Source: an uncultured Gammaproteobacteria bacterium (lineage in GTDB: Bacteria > Pseudomonadota > Gammaproteobacteria > Arenicellales > JAANXG01). Taken from it: a stretch of 64,000 bases of DNA. The position numbers and the translations under genes were made by a program. Of the stretch, positions 9,886-18,700 are shown one piece after another (position 1 is the first letter of the stretch; each line of letters opens with the position of its first letter). The stretch covers positions 79,403 to 143,402 of the forward strand of contig CAMYKW010000004.1 in NCBI GenBank assembly GCA_947259175.1, written 5' to 3'. Below the pieces are notes generated by a model that worked only from the letters and a program-made list of their open reading frames with translations, was not told the DNA's origin and made no database searches.

Positions 9886-10209
9886 ATGACTACGAAATTA
9901 AAGCATTGCTGGGAAATCAAGGGATGCGGCCGTGAGGTGAATGGCGCGAAGGTGCATGAATTGGGAGAGTGTGTCGCCGCGACCGAGGGACTCGGTCACA
10001 GCTGCTGGGCCATTGCCGGCACCCTGTGCGGTGGCGTGGTGCAGGGCAGTGTGGCGCAGAAGGAACAGAACTGTGTGGCGTGTGAAGTCTACCAGCGCTA
10101 TCACCGAGCCCTGGGATCCGACGGCGAGGCAGTCGTCGAACAATACCCTGACGAAGAGCATCGATACAATCAGATGCTTCTCGCCCGGATGCAGCAAAAC
10201 TCCAAGTAA
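9886..10209 (+). CDS. Small cysteine-rich protein, two-CW-like domain
   Basis: 107 aa from the ATG at 9886, preceded by AAAGGTGG. Seven Cys are arranged as HCWEIKGCG-x14-C-x10-CWAIAGTLCGG-x15-CVAC, with no TM segment. The ORF-track start at 9775 has no SD and is rejected. Confidence 0.6.
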   Translation: MTTKLKHCWEIKGCGREVNGAKVHELGECVAATEGLGHSCWAIAGTLCGGVVQGSVAQKEQNCVACEVYQRYHRALGSDGEAVVEQYPDEEHRYNQMLLARMQQNSK

Positions 10210-10267
10210 TGCTTGCGCCGAGTGCCGCCCGTTGCGGAAGCGGTTTGCGCATGAGAACACCGCGGCG

Positions 10268-10631
10268 ATGACGGATTCCTCCCATTCGGCGGCGGGTTCC
10301 GTGCTCATAGTGGACGATTGCCGCACGACGCGCATGATCCTGCGGCGGGCTCTGGAGGCACTGTCGTTTGTCGTCGACGAAGCCGTGCATGGCCAGGATG
10401 CATTGCAGCGTTGCGACGCCAACGGCGGTTACGATCTGGCGCTGATCGATTGGAATATGCCGGTGATGGACGGGCTCAATCTGGTCTACGCGCTGAACGA
10501 AAAGCCGCAATATCAACAGATGAGCATCCTGATGATCTCCACGCGCAACGAGCGCCACCGACTATCTGACCAAACCGTTCAGTGTGGACGAATTAAAGGA
10601 AAAGCTGGTTGATCTCGGTTTTCCGGTCTGA
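10268..10631 (+). pseudogene. CheY-like receiver gene with internal deletion and frameshift
   Basis: Frame 2 reads VLIVDD..LIDWNMPVMDG..ILMISTRNERH and then nonsense to a stop at 10612. Frame 3 from 10560 reads DYLTKPFSVDELKEKLVDLGFPV*. The T-to-K spacing is about 11 residues instead of about 22. Confidence 0.6.
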
Positions 10632-10678
10632 GGGAATCCATCCTTCCGGTTGTGGCGGCGGCTTTAAGCCGCGACAAG

Positions 10679-11890
10679 TTATCCGGCGCTCAGCAGGTGA
10701 CGCATTTTTTCCACCTGCTGCTTGGTGTTCTCCGCCAGCCGGCGGGCCGAGTCTACACTCAGATCGCCCAAGCCCAATGCCGCCAACGACGGCAGCTCAT
10801 GTAACGGTGGGATGTCCGGGTTGGAGTCATTGCGAATCCTGATCAACAGGTTTGCAAACAGCACCAAACCGCAATAGTCGGGGGCGGTGGTGGGACTGCG
10901 ATAGTAATCCGTTGCGGAGAGGGGCACCAAAGATACCTCGTCGGGAAATCCCCAGCAGCGCAGCATCATGCTGCCGACATGGGCATGCAGTTTGACGATA
11001 ATACGCTCGAGCTCGCCGGGGCGTTGGACGATTTCAGGGTATTTTTCCGCATGCGCAATGACCGCGATGGCGCCGACGTTTTGCAGCAGTCCCGCGAGCA
11101 GCGCGGTTTCGGGTTCGAAATCCTTGATTTTGCCGGCAATGGCAAAGCACGTGGCGGCAATATCGACACTGTGTCGCCACAGCTTCTGCATGTGTCGTTT
11201 GAGCGTGGAGGATTTTGTATTGAACAGCTCACGCATGGCGAAACCGGTGACCAGCTCCCGCGTCGTGGACCAACCCAGCCGCACCAGTGCGTCGGAGGTG
11301 GTGTGCACCGGGTCGTTGCCGCGGTAACGCACGGCGATTTCCGGCAAACTGGGTAATTGCAGCTTGTCGTCCTGACAGCCGACGTACAATTCACGGAAGA
11401 GCAGGTTTTCACGCAATTCAGCACCCGCGTCGACCTCTTCCACCACATAGGCCGACGACGATTGCTCATTCAGGCACCTTTGTAACACGTCACGATCGAC
11501 GCACAGAACTTGCACCGGAGAAGTGGTGGTGACGTTGTAACGGTGAGGCTGCAGCAGGGATACGGCGTATCCAGCTTCGTTGCTGCCGCCTTCCAGGCTG
11601 CGCCGTGCGCCGTTACCGGACTCGATTGTCAGGCGGCCCGTTATAAGATACACCGCGTATTGGCTGCTTGTGCCGATTTGCGCAAGCCGCTCTTCGGCGG
11701 GGAATTCGCGAATCGCGGAATGCCGGGCGATTTCCGTCAACGTCTCCTCTGACAGTGATGCGAACTGCTTGAATCGGCGCAGCGAGTCCATGCCTGGGTG
11801 CGCATCCTCGGCAACGCGTGGGTCTGTCGGGACGTCGTAGGTTTGTTGCGCGGGTGTATGTGCTCTGTGAAACATCTCTGGTCCCCTCAC
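10679..11890 (-). CDS. Cyclic-nucleotide-binding-domain / HDOD-domain protein
   Basis: The N-terminal half is cNMP-binding-like (FPAEERLAQIGTSSQYAVYLITGRLTIE). The C-terminal half is HDOD-like (LPSLPEIAVR, DALVRLG, AGLLQNVGAIAVIAH, KLHAHVG). The start may instead be the ATG at 11875. Confidence 0.65.
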   Translation of the reverse strand: MRGPEMFHRAHTPAQQTYDVPTDPRVAEDAHPGMDSLRRFKQFASLSEETLTEIARHSAIREFPAEERLAQIGTSSQYAVYLITGRLTIESGNGARRSLEGGSNEAGYAVSLLQPHRYNVTTTSPVQVLCVDRDVLQRCLNEQSSSAYVVEEVDAGAELRENLLFRELYVGCQDDKLQLPSLPEIAVRYRGNDPVHTTSDALVRLGWSTTRELVTGFAMRELFNTKSSTLKRHMQKLWRHSVDIAATCFAIAGKIKDFEPETALLAGLLQNVGAIAVIAHAEKYPEIVQRPGELERIIVKLHAHVGSMMLRCWGFPDEVSLVPLSATDYYRSPTTAPDYCGLVLFANLLIRIRNDSNPDIPPLHELPSLAALGLGDLSVDSARRLAENTKQQVEKMRHLLSAG

Positions 11891-12013
11891 TCATCAGGTC
11901 GGTCACTGCCGGATTCGGGTCCTGGTTCGCAGATTATCCGTACCCCGTAACCGGGACCGGAAACATCGCGTGGAGCGCTATTGGCGGTACTTGGCCTCTA
12001 TACATATGTGTGA

Positions 12014-12040
12014 GTATCGGTTCCGACGACGGAATCTTGA
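12014..12040 (-). promoter_or_regulatory. Candidate sigma-28-type promoter (weak match)
   Basis: The minus strand reads TCAAGATT-N11-ACCGATAC, about 120 nt upstream of the cNMP/HDOD gene. Confidence 0.35.
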
Positions 12041-12130
12041 GCGTTGTCGTGGAAATTCGCCGGGTCTACCCGGGCGGCAACGCGCGGACCGCCGGTTCGC
12101 ATCGGCGCGCCCTTGGCATGCGTTGTCGTC

Positions 12131-12157
12131 TAAAGTCTCTCCGATTGCTGCCGATAG
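12131..12157 (+). promoter_or_regulatory. sigma-28 (FliA)-type promoter
   Basis: TAAAGTCT-N11-GCCGATAG, 77 nt upstream of the ATG at 12234. Confidence 0.6.
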
Positions 12158-12175
12158 TCTCAGAAACCAACGCTT

Positions 12176-12196
12176 GGCCAGAGCGGCTCTCTGGCC
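12176..12196 (+). promoter_or_regulatory. Leader hairpin in the 5' UTR of the DOMON-like gene
   Basis: GGCCAGAG-cggct-CTCTGGCC is a perfect 8-bp stem lying between the predicted TSS and the AAGGAGG SD. Confidence 0.3.
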
Positions 12197-12233
12197 CCCG
12201 GCATGAATCAACAGTGAAGGAGGGCGATAAGCC

Positions 12234-13077
12234 ATGGGTAATTCAGGAGCATTTCATTCACTTGTCACGATAATCGGGATGCTGTCGGGAGTGACGCTGT
12301 CGGCCGCGGCCACCGCCACCACCATCACCATGCACAGTCTGGACGCCGCGCCTGTGCTCGATGGACAAGGCCAGGACTGGTCGGGTGTGCCGGTGACCTC
12401 GATCGCGCTCAAACCGAGCCGGTCCGGGATCACTACCGCGGTCGACAGCGTTGACATCAAGGGGGGCGTGCACGGGGACTATATATATTTTCTGGTCGAA
12501 TGGCAGGACAGCACCGAGGATAGTGTGCACAAGCCGTGGGTGTGGGACAAGGACAAAGGTAAGTACGTCAAGGGACCGCAGCGGGAGGATCGTTTTGCGC
12601 TGCAGTTTGCCATGCAAGGCGATTATTCCACCAACTGGTTGTCGGGCAAGGAGTTCATGGCCGACATGTGGCACTGGAAGTCGACGCGTTCCAATCCGCT
12701 GGGCCTGGTGCACGACAAGAGCACGATCATCAGCGCCAAGAAGATGGCCAAGACGCGGGCATTTACCGCGGACGGCGGCGGCAAGGTGTATATCGCGCGT
12801 CCCAGCGATGCCGGGGACAAGCTGTACACGACCAAGCGCTATCACAAATACGACCAGGAGGTGAGAAAACCCACAGGGTTCCACCACCGACGTCGAAGTC
12901 AAGGGCAAGTGGCAGGACGGCAAGTGGTGCCTGGAGATTCGCCGCAAGCGGGATACCGGCCACGCGGACGACGTGGTGTTCCCCACCAGCGGCACGCTGG
13001 TCGGCGGCATCGCGGTGTACGACCATTCCGGTGACGATGATCACACCGTCTCCGACAACCTGGTATTTCAATTCTGA
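12234..13077 (+). pseudogene. Periplasmic DOMON / ethylbenzene-dehydrogenase-like (EB_dh) haem-binding-domain protein, apparent +1 frameshift
   Basis: Signal peptide IIGMLSGVTLSAAATA. Body motifs are DGQGQDW, GDYIYFLVEWQDSTED, DRFALQF and DMWHWKSTRSNPLGLVHD. After YDQEVRK frame 3 turns into Arg-rich nonsense. Frame 1 from 12865 reads ENPQGSTTDVEVKGKWQDGKWCLEIRRKRDTGHADDVVF..GGIAVYDHSGDDDH..LVFQF*. Confidence 0.55.
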
Positions 13078-13092
13078 ACAACGCATCCAGCC

Positions 13093-15585
13093 ATGATCGA
13101 TCGAGCAAAGGCAGAAACCAGAGATGCGGCGATTGTCGCAGCCGAGACAGACGCCGCCACCGGCGGCGCCGACGCGGCGGGTCATGGCGTGACTCGAGAG
13201 ATCGCCGTCACCTGGTCCATCGGCGCCGTGCTTGCGGTAATGCTGTTGATCACCGTCATCGGTGGACTGTATGTCGCCACCAAGCTAAACGTCGCCTCTG
13301 AACGGGCAGGGGAGAATCACGAACTGATCGAGCAGAGCGACGCCAACATACGCAAACTGGATCAGGCGTTGTTGCCGGTGGTGCGGCGTCTGTATCACCT
13401 CGAGCAGGTGGTGCAGCGCCATGGCTTTGAATTCGAAATGCTGGTGCTCGACACCGACCGCGAGACCGGCGCCCTGGCCGCGGCCGCGAGCGGGGTCCAG
13501 GAGGCATTCGCGGCGCTGGGGGACACCGGCGGCGGCATCCTATCCCAGGAGTTGCTGGCGCAGATCGAGGAGCTGGTCGCGGTGATGTCGGCGATGACCG
13601 ATGAGTTGCTGGAGACCGAGGATCGCAACGAGCGCTTCGATCTGCTTTTAGATGCGCAGGACATGCAGCTGCAGTCGCGGACGACGATCAAAACTGCCTC
13701 GGCGCAGTTGGAAGAGGAGAGCAAACGTCTAACCGCCCTGGCGGCGGAGAACACCTCCAAAGCGCACCACCATCTGGAGGAACAGTACGGCACACTGCGG
13801 TCGGTCCAATATGGCGCCGGGTGGAGTTTGGGGGTGAATCTCATTGTGGTCATCGCGGCCATGTTGCTCCTGTACCGGCTGCTCGACCGGCGCCTGGGCC
13901 GGGTGGCCGATTACGCCAACCGGATTGCCGGCGGCGACTTCGACGCCCGCCTCGAGACAACCGCCACGGACAAGATCGCCCAGGTCGCGGCCGCCGTGGG
14001 TACGATGGGTAAGAGCCTCGCTGCATTGGTGCGCGACGGCGAACAGAAAAACGCCCTCGCCGAGGAAGCCAAGGCAAAGGCGGAGCGCGAGAACTGGATG
14101 AACGAGAGCCTGCGCCGGGTGTCCGAGGCGACACAGGGGGAAACCCGGATCGAGCGGCTGCTGGACCAGGCGCTGTCTATCCTGTGTGAGCGGCTGGCAC
14201 TGTCTGGCGCGTGGGTGAGTGAATTCAACCGCGGCGAGGCGCTATTGCTGGCGGCGTGCGGAGATATCGACGAAGCCACGCGAAGCGCCTTGGTTGTTGA
14301 AGGCGGCGCGATGAATAACGTCGCGCGCGACGGCGAGTCTCGATGGCTGGAGTTACCCCATGGGGATACCGCTCACACCTTATACGTCGCTGCGTTGAAC
14401 GAGTCTCGTAACGAACCCATGGTGCTGGCGCTGGTGTTCGCGGACTCGCCGGATGAGATCCAAAAACGCCTGGTAAAACACACCATGGTGAATCTCGGCG
14501 TCAGCGTACGCGCCGCCAACCAGGCGCAGACTTTGGAGCGCAACAACGCCGAGCTACGCCATAAGGTCGACGAAATGCTCGCAGTGGTCAATGCCGCGGC
14601 CAAGGGGGATCTCACCCGGGAGGTGAAAGTCTCGGGTGCGGATGCGATCGGCCAGATGAGCCAGGGATTGAATGGATTCTTCAAGGAACTACGCAGCCAC
14701 ATTGGCACCATCGCGGTGAACGCCCAAAGCTTGACGGCGGCGTCGGAGCAACTGTCCGGGGTGGGCACGCAGATCGGCACCAACGCGGAGCAGACTTCCG
14801 ATCGGGCCACGGCGGTGCTGGCGGTCGCCGAAGACGTGACCAAAGGCGTGGAAACCGTGGCGGCCGCCGCGGAACAGATGAACGCCAGCATCCGCGAGGT
14901 TGCCGACAACGCGAGTTCTGCGTCCGCGGTGGCGACCAACGGCGTCGAGATCGCCACCACCACCAACGCCACGGTGGCCAAACTGGGTGAAAGCAGCAAT
15001 GAGATCGGTAACGTCGTCAAGGTGATCACCACGATCGCCGAGCAGACCAATCTGCTGGCGTTGAACGCCACCATCGAAGCGGCGCGCGCCGGTGAGGCGG
15101 GTAAGGGGTTTGCGGTGGTGGCCAACGAAGTCAAGGATCTGGCCAAGGAAACCAGCCAGGCCACCGAGGATATCAGCAACAAGATCGAGGCCATCCAGGT
15201 GGACACCCGCAGCGCGGTGCAGGCGATCGGGGAGATCGGCGACATTATCGGCAAGATCCATGAGATCCAACAGCGTATCTCCTCCGGCGTTGAAAATCAG
15301 GCCCGCACCACGGATGAGATCACCCGGGTTGTGGCCGGTGCGGCGCAGGGGAGCACGGAGATTTCCCAGAGTGTCGCCAGCGTTAACCAGGCGGCGCAGG
15401 ATACCTTGAGCGGCGCCACCCAGGCGCAGCACGCGGCGCAGGAATTGTCGCGCACCGCCGCCGAGCTGCAGCGCATGGTGGGGCGGTTCACCTACGAACA
15501 GCCGCGGGAGGCCACGCCGTCCGGATTCGGTGATCGGGTGCGGGCCTTGTCTGAAGCCCCTGTGCCACAGCAAAAGGTCGGCTGA
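13093..15585 (+). CDS. Methyl-accepting chemotaxis protein (periplasmic helical sensor, HAMP, GAF-like insert, second HAMP, MCP signalling domain)
   Basis: Two TM segments flank about 190 aa. HAMP motif RIAGGDFDARLE. MCP core [35 protein letters not shown]. The gene starts 16 nt after the DOMON-like stop. Confidence 0.9.
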   Translation: MIDRAKAETRDAAIVAAETDAATGGADAAGHGVTREIAVTWSIGAVLAVMLLITVIGGLYVATKLNVASERAGENHELIEQSDANIRKLDQALLPVVRRLYHLEQVVQRHGFEFEMLVLDTDRETGALAAAASGVQEAFAALGDTGGGILSQELLAQIEELVAVMSAMTDELLETEDRNERFDLLLDAQDMQLQSRTTIKTASAQLEEESKRLTALAAENTSKAHHHLEEQYGTLRSVQYGAGWSLGVNLIVVIAAMLLLYRLLDRRLGRVADYANRIAGGDFDARLETTATDKIAQVAAAVGTMGKSLAALVRDGEQKNALAEEAKAKAERENWMNESLRRVSEATQGETRIERLLDQALSILCERLALSGAWVSEFNRGEALLLAACGDIDEATRSALVVEGGAMNNVARDGESRWLELPHGDTAHTLYVAALNESRNEPMVLALVFADSPDEIQKRLVKHTMVNLGVSVRAANQAQTLERNNAELRHKVDEMLAVVNAAAKGDLTREVKVSGADAIGQMSQGLNGFFKELRSHIGTIAVNAQSLTAASEQLSGVGTQIGTNAEQTSDRATAVLAVAEDVTKGVETVAAAAEQMNASIREVADNASSASAVATNGVEIATTTNATVAKLGESSNEIGNVVKVITTIAEQTNLLALNATIEAARAGEAGKGFAVVANEVKDLAKETSQATEDISNKIEAIQVDTRSAVQAIGEIGDIIGKIHEIQQRISSGVENQARTTDEITRVVAGAAQGSTEISQSVASVNQAAQDTLSGATQAQHAAQELSRTAAELQRMVGRFTYEQPREATPSGFGDRVRALSEAPVPQQKVG

Positions 15586-15652
15586 GCCCGCTCAGCTCCG
15601 GCGGGTCCGGGCCCGCCGCAACTCAAGCCCCACGGGCGCCATAGCTATGGAG

Positions 15653-15683
15653 AAAAACGAAAATCGCACTTTTCGTTTTTTTT
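15653..15683. terminator. Bidirectional hairpin terminator between convergent mcp and glycosyltransferase genes
   Basis: AAAAACGAAAA-tcgcac-TTTTCGTTTTT plus TTT is a perfect 11-bp AT-rich stem with T-runs on both strands. Confidence 0.45.
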
Positions 15684-15783
15684 GAAAATTCAGGGATGAA
15701 TTATTCAGAGCTTCCCTAAATTCGAGGCGTTGGTCTTTTTCGAGTGCGACGCCGGCTTAGCGGCTATCGGCGCAACCGGCGGG

Positions 15784-18700
15784 TCAGGATGACGCTACGG
15801 CGTCTGCGCGCACCGCGGGCGGTTCCTCGCGCAACGCAAACCGCTCGATCACCGCGTCCGATAAAAGCGCCGCGTACCAGCAGCCGAGCCGGTCTTCCAG
15901 CATGTGGTGTGTGTGCACCCAGGCGCGCAGCCGTTCGCCATCCTTGGCCAGTGCGTCGCGGTCATGGATGCGGTCGCGGATGGCGGCGAGCCACGCTTCC
16001 GTGTCGTTGGCCACGCGGGTGATCGGCTGCGCCGCGTAAGGTGGGATATCCGTGGCGATCACCGGCCAGCCCATGGCCCCGTATTCGAGCACACGCAGGT
16101 CGCTCTTGCACTCGTTGAAGGCGTTGATCTCCAGGGGTGCAACGGCAAGGTCCAAGTCCAGTTGTGCGAGTTGTGCCGGATAGTGGCGGTAAACCACCGG
16201 CTGATAATACTCAGCAACATATGGCCGCAGCGCACGCGGGCACATACCCATCATCACCCAGTCCACTTCTCCGGCCAACGCCTCCATCACCGGCGCCAGG
16301 ATGGTGAGATCGCCATCGTGTTGTTGCGCGCCCACCCAGCCGACGCGGGGTCTGGCGGCTCGTCGGCGGCGTATTTCCAGGTGTCCCCAACGCTGGCGCT
16401 CGAGGAGGTTGGGGACCACGCGCACGTCATCGATGAACCCGCGGTACGCTGCGGCCAGTGGCTCCGTGGGAACCACCAGCCGGTGGCAGTGGGCCAGGGC
16501 GTCGCGAAGCCGCTGTTCCAGGTCCGCCGGCATCAGGCCCCGCCGGTCGTTGTCATCGGGCATGGCGAGCAGGTGGTCGTCGAGTCCGAACACCAGCAAC
16601 GCCTCGCCCGACTTCCGGTAGCGGGGCAGCCAGTGCAGGAAGGGATCGGTGAAGCCGTGATGGATTAGCACGGTGTCGGGCGCGGCCCGTTTCAATTCGC
16701 ACAATGTCGGCACCCGCGTGGGTACGGCGCCCTCGTGGTCGGGCAAGAACGCGATTTCGGCGTGTGCTGCACGATCCAGGGCCTGTAACGGTTGGCGCAC
16801 GCGGTATTCGCCGCTGCCCTGCCGGTTCAGGGGAAACGCCCACACCCGGGGCCGGGGGTGCTCCGGCGGCGTCCACGGCACCGCGAGTTCGTCTTCCACA
16901 CGCATGTCGCCGCGGGCGAGGGAAAGGTTCCGATTGTAGGCCGGGTCGTTCGCCAACAGGTCAGGCCAGCGTGCTATCAGCGTCGTGTTATCCGCCGTGG
17001 TCTTGGAGTTCGGATCGGGAGGGGCAGGCGATTGCGGCTCGTGGCTTTCGTGCTTCAGCAAGGTCGCGAACGGTGTCCACACCACCTCGTATCCCGCCTG
17101 GCGGGCGCGCAGACACAAATCCACATCGTGGCCGCACTGCGTGAATCCGGTTTCGTCGAAACCGCCCAGCTGCGCGAAAAGTTCCCGGGAAAGCAGCATA
17201 CAGGCGCCACTGACCGCCGAGAAGTTTTGTGCGACCTGTAGACGGTTGAGGTAACCGGGTGACTGCATCGCGTGTCCGGTAAACGCTCGCCCGGCGCCGT
17301 CGTCTATGCCCAATATCAAACCCGCATGCTGTACCCGTCCGTGCAGGTCAATGAGGCGTGCGCCCACCACCCCGACTTCCGGGCGCTGTACGTTGGCCAC
17401 CATTCGCGTCAGCCATTCGTCATGGATAGCCTGTGCATCAGGTTCGAGCACCAGCAACAGTTCGCCCCGCGATTCGGCGGCGGCGACATGGGTCAACGAT
17501 GCCGATCCCACGGCGCCGGGTGTGCGCAGCACGCGCACTTTGTCGTCATACGTGCGCGCCAGCTCGTCCAGCAGATCCGAATCGCCGCCGCCGCAATCGC
17601 TCAGGACGACCTCAAAGTCGGGGTAGCGGGTTTTCTGCAGCAAGCCTTCGATGCATAGGGGCAGCCATTTATAACGTCTCTCCACTGGAATCAGAATAGA
17701 CACCGAAGGCGGGTCGTGCGCCTGGTAATCGACAAAAAACGTTCCCGCGATCTCATGATGGGTCACTTGGGCGGTGAGACCGTTGCGTTCGAGGTGCGTC
17801 TCGACCGCGATACGGTCGTTTTCGGCGTCCGCGGCACCGATGGGCTCGCGGTCTTTGTCGCGCGGATAGTGGACGAGCACTTCCGGTATGTGGCCGACAG
17901 CGGATTCTCCGGCCGTATCCAGGATGCGCAACACCGCGTCGAAAACACCGGCGCCCGCGCCAAATCCTCCGCAACGGGTGAGCACATCACGCTCCAGCGC
18001 CAGCACGTCACCCATGTATGGCGTCGAACGCAGCAGGTCCAGGTTGAAGTCGGGTTTGAATCGCGGTTGATCGCGAGTCCCGTCTCGCGCAATATGGTCG
18101 TCGTCACAGTAGATTATCCGCCATTGCGGATATCGGTTCATATAGTCGCCCCAGCGCAGCAGGGCGTGGGGCGCGAACTGCACGCCCGATTTGGCGCGGA
18201 TGATCCAGTCGGCCTGGGATTCGCTGACGATCCGATTCAAGGTGTCGACTAGATCCCCGCGGATCTCCACCCACTCCAGATTGGGCAGTCGATGAAAACC
18301 CGCGTCCGGCGCCGGACAGTCCGCTATCACCGACAGGCCCCACCCCGGATACAGCTGTCGACACAGACTGTCGAGGGTGTCGGCCAGCGCGTCGTGCTGA
18401 TTCCCCTGGTGGATGGCAATCAACTGAAAGCTGGGCCGTAGCCGCCATGCGAGCATCATGCGCTCCGCCATGTATTGCGCCTTGTTTTCGGTAAGCGCGT
18501 GCGGCTGTTGCCACCGCGCGTAGCGGTCTGCATCGCTGTGCGCTGATCCTTCGTCGCGCCGCGCGCCTTCGAGTTGTGTCAGCGCCTGCGTCCGTCTCAG
18601 TTCCACCTGCGCATTGCCCGGCAGCGGGTAGCGTGCGTAGATTTTACGGTGCAAGGCTGGAAAGTCGTGCCGCTCGCGCTGACTCATGTTGTCGTCCCTG

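Noticed and set aside
9941-10267. The N-terminal 109 codons of the 223-aa ORF-track entry, which overlap the two-CW gene in another frame.
   Set aside because: The sequence is low-complexity (Arg/Ala/Trp-rich) and overlaps a better-supported ORF. Receiver-domain similarity begins only after the ATG at 10268.
12862-12872. Programmed +1 ribosomal frameshifting as an explanation for the DOMON-like gene frame change.
   Set aside because: There is no in-frame stop or rare-codon pause in the incoming frame, unlike prfB-type sites. There is no upstream SD-like stimulator at the right spacing. A homopolymer indel or sequencing error is more parsimonious.
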